Shown: positions 27,622 through 40,900 of the stretch, piece by piece
How the letters are laid out: every line of letters starts with the position of its first letter
How positions within the stretch are numbered: position 1 is the stretch's first letter
NCBI GenBank assembly: GCA_040954595.2
Contig: CM082581.2
Location: 11,220,286-11,284,285 of the forward strand
Reading direction: 5' to 3'
Length of the DNA stretch: 64,000 nt
From: Balanoglossus misakiensis
Taxonomy: Eukaryota > Animalia > Hemichordata
Notes under the pieces: model-generated
What the model was told of the DNA's origin: nothing
Seen by the model: the letters and a program-made list of their open reading frames with translations, nothing else
The model's database searches: none
Translations under genes and position numbers: made by a program

Positions 27622-30600
27622 ATGAAGTGCTCAGGCCAGTGTTTGAAGAAATGGTTGATGGACAATTTACTTTTGTTGCTGACTTTGATTGGTGTTGCTG
27701 TTGGGTTCATTCTAGTTGTCATTTTGCAGGTAAGACTTAAAATCTTGTTGACCAAGCATCATGTGTTGCAAAAGTATGTTTCAAGCATTTTCTGTTTCAT
27801 GCATTCGCAAATCTAAAAGAGAATCATTTCAAAGTATTAATTCCAGGGAAGAGAATACTAAAATTATTTCATGTTGCAGCCACTGGACATATCTGAGGAT
27901 GCTAAAATGTGGATTGGAATGCCCGGTGAATTATTCATGCGAGGGTTACGCTGTATGATTATACCAGTGTTAACAGCAAGCATTATGACAGGTAGGTTGA
28001 AATGATGAGTACACTTGTCAAGATGTTTGCTTAGGGTTGAGAAAATGTGATGGGCGCTTCCTTATCTTAGTCGTGTTATTGAATCCCTTAGTCCATCAAC
28101 AATAATAATACTAGCCTTTGAAACCATAGTGGATCATTGACAAACAGACATGGCCATTTTAGTATTTCACTGTATAGAGAGCTCCAATTCCTTTAAACAA
28201 GGATGCTGTGATGAAACCAAACCACAGCTTCACCAAGTCTTAATTTTGATTTTTCCTGTTTCTCATAGCAACGGCATCACTAGAGCCAAAATCTAATGGT
28301 AAAATGAGTGTCATTACTTTGGTATACATATTTGGCGTGGTCTTCTTGGCTGTAGTGGTTGGTCTGACTCTAAGTCTAACCATCCGACCAGGTGATACTG
28401 GCGTTGACCTTGGTGACAGTGACTATGAACCTGCATATTATGAAACTCAAGATGTCATTGCTGATTTGTTGAGGTGAGGTTTTGGGTCCATCAGGTGTTT
28501 CTGAAGTGAATATGACTTGAACTCTTTTGGCACACGTTCTATTTGCCATGTTGTTCTGTTCAAACAGTGTTCAAAATTACTTCCATATATTTAGGGGTTT
28601 TTCATTTTTATAGTAGGGAGGGGCATGTGTCAGACAGTCACAATTTTCTTGATGGATGCTCCTTAAACTAGTTTTTATTTAAACAAATACAAAATCGCGA
28701 GAACAGATGCAAATGACTTTGTACACAGACTTTGATTCTTTTAGTATAATCACACACATACAGTCCTAATATAGTTTTGTGACACTAATGCCCATATTTT
28801 TAATTATATGAATGCTGCATTTGTCCAGCTTTTACCCTTTCACACCCAGATCTGTTTTCTTTTAGAAATATTCTTCCTGAAAATATTGTCCAGGCATGCT
28901 TGGAAACGGTAAGTTGAAGCAGATATAAATTTTAGTTTTAACATTTTTCACAAGCATTTTTTCAGTATTGTATGTTACAGTCACGCATTTTGGCTTCATG
29001 GAATGTTTTTACCAAATATCGTAATATTGTGTCAAGTTTAGATCTATACAGAATACGTATTCGAGGAAAGAAATGTCACTGGAACAAACATGACACAAGA
29101 AGTAGTTGTATCAAAAGGGACGGCTTATACAAGTGGAATGAATGTTTTAGGTAAGATGGCAAATGGATCTGTTGTTTGTTTTAGAACTATCATGAATTCT
29201 TCCTTGCCTTCCAATGCCTTGTGTCAAAATAAATCGTTTATACAACTGTGGTTTTGTTTCCTTTTTTCAAGGAATTTTGGTATTTTCGGCGGCATTTGGT
29301 GTTTCAATGAGTGTACTGAAGGAAGAAACACGTACCATGTTTAGCTTCGTCACTTCACTTCGTATTATCTCACTGAAAATACTCTCTTGTTTTCTGTGGT
29401 ATGTACTCAAACTGAGACTGACTCAAAACCCTCTGGCATGAAGGCATTCACAAAAAAGATAATCCTACTTTACTGGTAATACATGATTTCCCTTTTTTGC
29501 ACTAATCATTCCTTTATTTTTAAGGTGGGCACAGCCAGTCTAATCTTCAGCGCTCTTATTGATGTCGATGACATCACTGCAGTTTGGGCATCCCTGGGAA
29601 AATTCATCGGAGTTGTAGTTGCTGGCCTGGCCATTCACCTTTTCATAACTCTACCACTGATATATTTCATCGCCACGAGAAAAAATCCATTTGCGTATTG
29701 GCTAGGGTGTGCACGACCAGCCATATTGGCCACGGTCACTAAAACTAAGTAAGTCCAATTTGTAATCAAGGGATGTGGCAATGAAACTTGGTCACTGTCT
29801 GGAGTGACCGTGAATGGAAGAAGAAATGGTTTCAGATTTTGAAAAAAGTGAACTTTCACTTTGATAATTTCATATTGACAATCACTTCTAAACATGGTCT
29901 TATTTTCCTTTCAGTGTGGCCCTTCTTCCGGAAATCTTGAAAGCTTGTGAAATCAACAACGGCATTCACAAGACTATTGTGAACTATGTAGTGCCTCTTA
30001 ATGTGGTGATCAAGGCGGATGGATCAGCCATTTTTATCATATGTGGTGCCATGTGGTTGGCACAGATTGTAAACATGACTCTGAATGCTGGTCAAATCAT
30101 CACCGCAGGGTAGGTTCATTCACACAGATGGAAAAATTTGCAGACACCGTTCGATTAATTTTTATCCCGTTTTGTAGTGATATATAATCTAAAAACAAAT
30201 AATTTTACAGAATTGTAACATGGGTGATGGGAAATAGTCTCCCGGCTGTTCCGAGTGCCAGTCTAGTTGCTATGGTAACAGTTTGCAATGCAGCTGGCAT
30301 TCCGTCCGAAAACATTGGTCTTTTGCTTTCTGTTGAATGGTTACTGTAAGTATACTGTCAATCATTTTATGCTGAAATATGATTACAAGATTTGGCGTTG
30401 CATATTAAACATGGCACTATTAAAACATGGACCTTGGCATTGGTACAAACAAGGTGTAACACAAGTATCCTTGATTGTCAGTTTACATGAAAGTTTCACT
30501 CTTTATTTATAAATTATCACAAGCCTATTTAATTCATTTCATTTTTTCTCTCGTTAGAGACGCACTCCGAACTGGCGTTAACTGCATAAGCCACTGTGCA

Positions 30601-30780
30601 GGAGCTGGTGTTGTTGACGGCATTATGGGAAAACAGATTGAGGTCCAGGAACAAGAATTAGAAGCAATAAAGGCAAAGGAAACAGAAGCCATGCAAATAG
30701 AATATCACGAAATTGATTATGACAAAGTCATTGAAGCAAATTCTGTGGACTGTTTGGTGGACAATAATACCTACATGTAA
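27622..30780 (+). CDS. Divergent SLC1 / DAACS (EAAT-like) amino-acid transporter
   Basis: Exons ~27622-27729, 27880-27991, 28269-28473, 28866-28908, 29042-29150, 29272-~29400, 29525-29748, 29915-30109, 30211-30345, 30558-30780. Motifs NLLLLLTLIGVAVG, IGMPGELFMRGL, TIRPG, DLLRNILPENIVQAC, GMNVLGILVFS, LPLIYFIATRKNP, VEWLLDALRTGVN. The exon 6/7 junction is ambiguous. Confidence 0.9.
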
Positions 30781-31928
30781 ATGCAGAAGTTGATTTTAGA
30801 GAGCGTAACATTGGAATTAGGCAGCATTCACACAATGTTAGTCATCACGAAAATGTGCTTTGTGGTATTCTGGGTATTTCCATGACTCCCTTTTACTGTA
30901 TGTTTATCAAAAAATTTAGATTTCAAAAATAAACTCATGATTTGGCCATGTTTCTTTAAATACCATTTTTATGGATGTAACAAAAACTAGAAAAATTTTT
31001 AGTGTCTTCAACAAAATATATAGGCTTTAGAAATCCAGTACCAAAATCGAATGAAACATGATAGAAATGTAAATATTTTAATAACATATAATTGTAATAT
31101 TTTGTTCTATGATGCTGGTATGCAACATCCTGTCATCCAAGAACACAAATGTGAAAATTAATAAAACAAAACATAAAGCATTTTGAAGTTTGATCAAATC
31201 GTTAACACACTACAAAAAGACCTACTTTGGAAAAAGTTTGACTTCCCAGTATGACCTTTTACCCCTTTCATAACAGTAAAAGTTTTATAATGGAACTAAC
31301 TTCTACTTGTATTAAAGTATTAAACCACTTCGACATTACTAAACATTGCATTGATGATGTGGCTTTATAGGCAGTCACTGAAAAAAGATCAGTTTCCATG
31401 GCAACAATGCTTGCAAACTGTTGCAAGTCAGATTATGTTCATGTATCATCCTTCAGCTCAAACAATCAGTGAAGACGAACACATATTTTAGTTTCTATTG
31501 CTGTCTACATGGATAAGAAAAAAAAATATCTAACACCGAAAGCAAAAATATCAAAATCCACATCTTGAGTCTCACATAAAAAAAACACACATTTTCAACA
31601 AACATGTTTGTAACTGACATTCAAAAATGTCAGAATAAGAGGAATATATTCTGAAAGGAAATGAACAATTTCTACCATGATGTCAAAAGTGAGTAACTTT
31701 ATTTCTGAAAGGATTAACGTTCACTGACTTGGAACAATGATGAGATTGGATATGTGTATGTGGGGCATGGGTAGAATTGTCTGTTTCCATGGCAATGCTT
31801 CACTGACATAAGCATCTATGCTGTCCACGACCACTAAGGTCGATGTATCTGTACTGATACATTTTTTCCCCATTTTTGCCAATGCGAGCAAAGATTCAAT
31901 TCTGTCCAGTGAGTCTGTTAGACATAAC

Positions 31929-34900
31929 TCACAGCTTGAAATCTTCAATTCTTTCAATCAGTAAGTTTAGTTTCTGTTCATCTTTGTACGCTTCTTGGAG
32001 TCGTAAGACACGATTTTTCTTGGCATCCGTGTGTGTGAATGTTATTTTCTTATGATTCAGAAGTCGCACTGTGTTCTTGAGTGTCTCCAAGGAACAACTT
32101 TCAGCTGCAAAAGAAATGTATCAATAAATTACCTTCATTATTGGCCATCTATCTATAAAGAACATTTGTCTATTGTAGAAGCTGTTGCTTTCAGTAAACT
32201 GACAAAAGTGATAAAAACGCGTTCTTCTTTATTAAATGTTCACACAGAATGTTTTCAGTATTTGACAACGACTCTATACTTACCATAGTTTGTAAGTCCT
32301 TTATAGACTCTCTCCTGGGCGCAATTTTTCAAAATGTTTGTAAATTCTGTCTCATGTAGATCCTTTACAAGGAGTCTAGGCAAGTTGCATGCAGCGATCC
32401 AGTAACTCTCGATCAATGGAGCCAGAATACTTTGAAAGAATGTGAGTTTCTCAATGTGCTCAGCGGCCAAGTTGATCTGTGGATGACAAACAATACAACA
32501 TTAAAGACACAGATTCAGGAATCTAGCTATCTTGAAAGCAAACATTCTTTATACTAAAATGGTTTTGAATGAAGTTAGCAGTTCTTGCCATTATTTGAAA
32601 CACAACTTTAGCAATGACCTTTGATTTTAGAGTGGTACAGTGGATGATAACCAGATATGAAGTGAATACTAGTATGCTAGCATTGAAATTATCAATAAAC
32701 TGTAATGAAACTTATCAGGAATTGAGGTAAGTTTTGTACATATTACGTACAAAATTCATCTCAGTTCCTGAATATACCATGATCTTCAAATCCAGAACTT
32801 ACCTAGAGATCATGGATGCCATTAAAAATGTTGACAGCGGCTGGAGATGATGCAAGCTGCAAGCGCGATGCTACGATCTACTCACTGCACTAATCGCAAA
32901 TTCTTACTTTACTTTTAATTCTTGACCTGTTTTAATGTACACCGTTTCTTTCCTCAAACTAACTCCTACTGTGTTGATACGAAGAAACGAGGCTGAAGAA
33001 ACACATGCTTTCCGGACAAGCATTAGCATAAAAAGTTTGATGTTTGATAACTTCATTGATATGCAAGTCATATCCAAAGCTTAATCTGTACCTGTGAACG
33101 CAATTTGACTTGATTTCGTTCAGCTGTTCACAGACACACAAACAGACAGTTGTATAATAGCCTGTGAGCTACAAATACCGGTACATGCACCGTTAAGCTT
33201 TTGGTCTGATTGCATAAACTCATTGTGAGGGTAAATGGTGTGAATATGTGGGTAGATTGAGGGTTTACATATAGTGGGGGTGGGTGGGGTGGTGTGAGGT
33301 GTTGTGGTGTGAGGAGGAGGGGGAGGGAGAGGGAGGGAAATGGAGGGGAGGGGTATCAACAGGTGAAACATACCCGAAGTTGTTGGTCTTGTTGCATAGG
33401 TAGATCACCATCATCATCCTCTACCCAGGAAGTACTGTTGGCAAGTCTGTCTGACCAGGATTTCTCTTGACTGTCGGTGTAGTGCTTGGCCTGCAAAGAA
33501 AATAGTTCCAATAGCGTACTCAGCGTACTGACATTTCACAAAAATTCATCTGAAATTTTATTTTGATGAAATAAGGCTAAAATGCAAGAAGTGGCAAACA
33601 GATATGACAAAACAATTATGAAAATGAAATGTCATTTTGTCCAGTTGACCACTCAGAAGCAATAGACTCACCTGGTCTGGCAAGATGAGTTCAGCTGTTG
33701 TCAGCCGTTCCAAAGCATCCACTACTGCTGTGTTGATATTAGAACATGGCTGCAACAGAAACATGGGAAAATTTAAAGAGCATATCTTGCCTTTTTAAAT
33801 CTTATCAGAAGGTTAAAAAATGTTCAAAAGAAATGTACTATTTTCCAAAAGTGACAATATTTTTCGGGTATCGATTTCTATAATATTTGTCTTGTTCTCA
33901 TAAAATGCTTCAAAATCCACCCCGTCCTGAAAAGTCCGAGTTCAGATTTGCTGCATTTTGGTCACGTGACGTGACGTCACAAGAGGAACCGGTCAGGTAG
34001 ACCAGCTTTAGCGATGCTCACAGGTGTGATGCGTTGTTTTCGTGCTTTTCTCTGTAATACCACAATGGGAAAGGGAGTTGTTTGCCGTGGTTGCAGCAAC
34101 ACATTACCTAGACGGGAGTCACCCGTGTGAGTTCCACAAAAACGAATGAAAGTCTATGCCACGATCATCAACATCGTACGGTGGATATGAAGCCGGCGCG
34201 GCGCGGCGCGGCGCCGGTGACGGCCACGGCCGTAACTGTCAATGCATGACCGTTGAACGATAATCGGCCAGGTTCGAATCACGAGAAGACAATCCCCACC
34301 CATACAGGAAAATATAAGCCTGTCAGCAGGAGAGGTCGACCAACAGATCGTTTATACCCGGTATTGGTGTTCATACAATGTTCCAGCGACCGCGATTTAC
34401 ACAGTAATGTAGACAAGTACTGAAGTAGTAGTAGGTGAACTGGCAGGATGCGTAAACACAATTTTGCGTTGGCCGACATCATGACATGTTGAGAATGTTT
34501 ATTATTATTCACGCTTCCGTCTGGCTAACCGGTACCCAGTGACCTCAAACTACGATAATTAAGGTTGACAGCAATCGATGTAAAAACTTGAACGTTCAAA
34601 ATATTACCGTTACTATTTCACGTTTTTTTCAGTCGTAGCTTTGAATGGCTTCGGCTGAATGGTCGCCATCTTTCTTTTCTAATTTCTTTGTTTACAAGTT
34701 TTACGTCACACTATGTCCAACTCATCGGCTCCAAAACACACTGTACAAATTTTGAAACAAAATGTGTTGAATAAATTTTGCCTCGTGTGAGTGAAAACCG
34801 TTTCCAAACTTCGATATTCGTGTGTATCAATGAAAATGTTTCATGCTTTGTGAGCGTGAGTGGGTCGGCCTGGCATGATCGCCTGTTGCTGTTGGTTGTA

Positions 34901-37900
34901 TGGTTTCATTTTGTTATAATGCAGTATGAAGCATGTCAAGGAACTTCCATGATTACAGCGACAAGTTATAAATGTTTCTGTTTGTCATCACCAAAAAGGC
35001 ATAGCTTACATGTAATTCAGAAGACAGAATTTTAGTGCTGGTAGTAAATATACATCGCTGCGCGATATGTGTCATCGCTGCCGATCGGCGCTGATGGAGT
35101 TCCCTTGGCCTTGTACAATAACACACGCGTATTTTGTCTGTTGAGGCAGTCATTGAAAATCGCCAAAAGACCAAGATCAGTTATCAATAAGTTGACATTG
35201 TCCAAGATAAGTAGATTTACACCCAACACTCTAGACCTAAACCTCTGGGCAATATTCGACGGTTTAATCGAGGCAGCAATCATTGTATGTGTAAGGTGCC
35301 GCTGCCATTGCATGTTGTGTACTGCTTGCAATGCGTAGCCGTAGCCTAACCGGGCCGAGTCGAGTTTTTTTTTCATAATCGCATCTCCCCTAGATGATAA
35401 GGTAGACATATGTACGTTTATTTTGAAGGGTACGGGGGATACAGAGTTGTACCCAGGCTGACACTGCAAAGCCGTTTAGATCACAGGCATGTACAACCAC
35501 TGCAATGTACCAGTGCTAAGTCTGTTGCAAACGTAAATGGGTTCCTCTTGTGACGTCACGGAAATGGGCGTGGCCAAAACAGAACTTTTTTCTCAGGCCC
35601 TGAACATTTTTAAATTTAACATTTATTTATCCATATGAAATAAGTAAAAGGACACCAGCATTTAACACACAAGCCCAATTATTACTTATCCTCAAAAGTG
35701 TGTTTCGAGGTAAGATAGGCTCTTTAAACTGCTGGTTGTCTTGAAATTATTCGAAATGGCTGTGATTTCTCTACTGGCTTAAAAACACTCCCTACAAGCC
35801 TAGATGGCAAGATATTTCTAAGGATAACTATATTCTTGAGAAAATACACGTCCCTGCTGCGCATAGTACATCACAGAAAGGAAATATTCTCACTCACCGG
35901 AACAAATGTAAATTCAAATTGTAGTAAATCGCACAACTCCACAGCTCTGTCAATCACATTATCTCTTGACACAGAAATGGATTCATCGTGACCTTGTTTC
36001 ACTGTGAAATTCTCGTCACATTCTGCACCAATGGCTGATGCTGTAAGAAACAAAACATGACATTTGAGACATATGCTTCATAATGCAAAATTAGAACTTG
36101 GGGAGCAATTCTGGCAAAAGATGCTGATTATATTGGGTTCAAATGTAAAACATGTACTTACCAACAACACTCTCCATGAGAAACACTGATATGACATTAT
36201 TACTGTTGTATGACAATTCAAACACATCCGGCAGACAAGTATTTGGAACCAAGATGTCACCGCCTTGCCACTTCTGTGCATTTATCGCTGTACTTCTTGC
36301 ATCTTTCTCAACTTGGTTTATTAGTTGTCCTTTCCTCCTGGCTATGACATTGTTGCCTAGGAGATTGGCTGCATAGTTGACAATGGCCTCAGATTTGCCA
36401 GTGAAGCCAACATCTCGACCGCGTGCTGTGATTGCTTGTCTGAGCCATTCAAAGTCTTCTGTGAGTTTATCCACTGTAGCACCCTGGGAGAGAATCATCA
36501 AAATCATTGAGTGATTATTTGTTGCATGGCGTACTTCAAGTGAAGGGGATGTCGTGCTGCATTTGTTTGTTTATAGCCACATGGCCATTAGAAGTCCAAG
36601 ACACGGCCCTTTTAATCATACGAGCATATGCAAAATAGAGAGTGTATTCCTTTAACACAATTTACCTGTCTGTGTTTAGTGAGTAGAAGAAAGGCCAGCA
36701 AATGTGTGCTCATAATCGACTGTGACTTCACTGCATCTAAGAAATACAAGAAAAACAAAGACATGTCTTCCCACATTACTTTCAAACTTTAGGTGATGTT
36801 ACTTATCATTGAACGAAGAAACGTGTACACAGAAGACCCTAGACATATTTCCACAGTGCAAGGATATTCAAATTGATGTCACTGACTGATTTCAAACACA
36901 CAACACCAAACGCATTTTGATATCGTTGAGATCTCGAAGTCAGGTCATGTACTTTCAGGATTCAAGTCCTTTTATGCTCACTAACATCAAACTCACCAAA
37001 TATGACATGTTCACCTAATCCTTTGATAACAAGCCTGAGATCATCATTGACTATTTCAGTGCCATACAACGAGTTGTCACTGGCAACAGATTTCATCTTG
37101 GGACTTCTTGGACCGCCATTGTCCGTCAGTTCACTGGCCACAGGATTGGACGGCTGAGCACCTTGTAGGTACTCCTGGGTAATTAAAAGAAAAACAACAG
37201 CCGTGAAAATAAGGCAAGGCAAATGTGATTGCCGGGTAAAATGCTGGACGGCACCTGTAACTCTCAAGCATCAAATAATGGGCATTTCATCATGTGAGTA
37301 AGACAAGAACAGATAAGAACTGAATATGCTTACATGATTCAATGCCACAGATAACAATACCTTGTTAATCCTGATTTTGCCTGATCATCATGTGTTATTA
37401 AATTTATTACACTGAACATCTGAATATACATTAATAGAGTGATTCCATGGAATCTATATTTAACTGGGCTACTTACCTGCAATGAAAATGGTTGTGCAAA
37501 ATCCACTCTGATAGAACCATAATCATGATATCGGAACACCCGCCACAATCCCCACAAAGTACTGAAGAAGGATTCACTTTTTTTCGTGTGACCCTGAAAT
37601 CCAAACATTGAATGATCAAATCATCATGAACACGCTTAATATTCAAGGCGCGAAAACAACTTGTGAAAGCTCTGGGCTCGGAATTGTTTGCAGGGTGATC
37701 ATATCAAGTTTCAAGTTTTAAGTTACCAAAGCTGCAGGTCTTACTTACCATCTGCTCTCTGTTGAAATTCCCTTCCAATATTTTCTCATAACTAATACTG
37801 ACGGGTACCAGATATGCATCTCGGATACTTCCTGCAAGAGATGGATTCAGTGGAAATGAAACAAGAGAAGCAGATCCCTTGGAGTTAAAAGTCACCGCTG

Positions 37901-40900
37901 CATGGCAGCGCTTATAAAACCACACACTGGTTATGATTTGCTCTGCATACAAGCCAGTAGCATCCCATAACATAATGCATTTATTAAATGTACATCACAG
38001 ACTCTTGGAATGTACATACCAGTCATACATGCATCAACAACCACAGAGAGAAGACCGCCTTTTGGAGACAAGGCTTTGCCACTTCGTGACCTTCCTCCTT
38101 CTGGAAAGTAGTCATAAAGAAAAATCGTGTCAGTAAACTGAAATAAGGATCTCATCACATATTGTCTCAGCCAATGACCAGCATGTAATGTACTGTATGT
38201 ATATGCAATGTCATTTTTTCTGAATCTGTATCATATTTCTGATTCATAAGCAAAACTTGAAATTGTCTGTAGAAGTGTTACAAACAGACTAAGCAAGCAT
38301 TCCTAAGATTCAATCTAGATCACCTCTTCTAATTCAACTCACCCAGAAAAAATTCCAAGTTTTGGTTCCGTTTTAGGATCTGGAGCATATACTGTAAGAT
38401 ATAGGACATAATGCATAATGATGTAACATGTTGTATAGATCCACATGCATTTAAAATTACTCACTACAATAGAATACAACATAGGTGAACAGATGTAATG
38501 TAAATACCAACAAGTTTCCCGGGTAGATATTCTTCATATGAAACATGAAGGGTAGTGTTAACATCCATCATTTTGAGAGCTGCCAACAACTGTGTTGATG
38601 GCCACAATGCAGACATACAGGTGTGGACATCAGCTACTCACATCATGAAGAATAGCCCGATAGACTAAGTCTTTCTTGCCATCATCTCTGTCCAGTTTCC
38701 GTTTGATGAAGAAACCACCCAGATTTCGTATCAACCAACTGAAGAAGACTATGTTGAGGTTATCTCCAGCTGCTATATGAGGAGCTTTGATGTCCCACTG
38801 ATGAAGTGCAAATGTGACCAGGATGTAATCAAGGTGGCTTCTGTGCATTGGTAAGAATATCAAAGGCACTCCTTTCTGTGGATTAGAGACATCAGAATAT
38901 TGGTACGTGACTTGTTTCAAATATTGAATCAATATTATGGTGGTACAAAGTACGGTGTCAAATTCCACGAAGTCAATGACCCCATGCCTCCTCCAATGTG
39001 GTACAAGGGAATGACCGACACAAACAATGCGAATGATCACACCAGTTTTACCCTCAATAAATTCTTCTCTTTCGGTCAGGTAGGTTTGGCTGTAATGGCC
39101 AATTGGCATGTGATTTGTACATATAAGTGAGAGAGCTGCCTACAGTATTATCACAGCTCACAGATTAAAAAGGTTTCTGTAGTTTGAGAGATCTGTATTC
39201 ACCTGGTTTTCATTTGCAATAAACTTACCTCAGAAGCTCTCTTGACTATTTGCATCTGACCTCTATGTACATGAATACCGGTGATGAAGTTAGAGATCAC
39301 TCTCAGTAGGAACCATCCAGTAAATCTGAAAGAAAGAAATTCACAGAAGGATTGACATCAGCCTATCATTTTGTACATTTCACAACTATTTCTAGGGAGA
39401 ATTACGCAGTTACACAAAGATTGCCAAACGGTCAATCAGTCAGGCAGATAGGTAGACAGATTACTGACACAGTACAGAATGCATTTGTAAACATATTCAA
39501 GGCTACACTGGACTTTTAAGTCCCTGTTTACCTACTAAGTCTGTGTGAAATAATGTTATGATCTCTCCAGAGTGAAAGAGCAGACTTACCCAATGAGTAA
39601 ATTTGAAATACCAGTTACCATGTTGGTAACTAAGTGATATGCTCGAGATGCATGTTTCTGTAAAATCTTTGGTAAGTTGTCCGGTTTGTCTTCTGCATCT
39701 GTAAAGTCAAAAACACATTCTAATCTTCAAGTACTCTGCAAGACGTTATAAGACACTAGTCTGTAAAATATATATCTGTTCAACCAAGTAACCAACAACA
39801 CTTGATAGCAGTTGCCGCATAAATGGACTATTTCTGTCATACACTATTCATGATGACATTAAGATAAATTCACTAAGTTGACTGACTGATAGTATCCAGA
39901 TTAGAGCAACATAATCTGGAATCAGTCAAAACACACCAGACAGGAAAAAATAACAATCATAAATTTTCCATACCATCCACTTCTGACATGGCACTTTTCT
40001 GTATTGCAGCTTGCACTCTGTGATATGAGAAAAGAATAGTTTTGATAGAAAAATTGGCAATGAAAAGCTGAAGTATATGAGTTACATTGAATCTAGAGAT
40101 TCGTTAGTCAAACACACATCCTTACAAATCAATACTTTCAGTATTGTCTTTCTTCATCTGATACATGAGCACTTTCTAACTTTTACATATTTACCTGTCT
40201 GAACTCAGCACAGATTGTGTGATACTCTTGGAAGTTGGATAGTTAAAAGAGTTCTTGAGTTGAAGTTCATGTGCAAGAATTGGGAACCTGCGACTGAAGA
40301 ATCCTCTACAAAGGGAGAAAGATATTACAGATAAAATTCATAGATCCATCATTTATTATTTAAGATCTAATATCACAACAAACAGAACATTGTGGAAAAT
40401 TGGGTCAGTACCGGTATTTAACATAGCACTGCTGTGATGGTGGACAAATTTCAGTGAGTACTAGCATGGGTTGGACCGTCCAGACATACATTGTAAGAGA
40501 AATCCCAGAGAACATCAGTGAATAGACCTACCTTCCTGGGGGGACATTCAGAAGATTTCTGATGCCCATTGATGGGGTATCATTATCGTAATACATACCC
40601 TGCAAAAGAATAGGGATTTGACATTATATGACACACACACATGAAAATTTACAAAAATTGGCAAAACAAGCCCATAAACACACAAACAAACAATTTTTGT
40701 TGATGTGTTGATCAAATACATGTAACTTGCTGGGAGTGAGTAGAATCAATAAATCATGGTGTATAATTAATGCAGTTGTGTTGATATCTCTTAAAATAAT
40801 GAATGTTTTGATGAGTATATAGGTAAGACTTCACTTACCCGGCTCATTGGGACACATTTAGTACAACATCTAATCGTGAATGGTCTCAACGGAATCCTGG

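Noticed and set aside
35032-35469. 145-aa minus-strand ORF in a GPAT intron
   Set aside because: Lies inside the Kolobok-like element; at most a decayed element ORF, with no recognisable domain.
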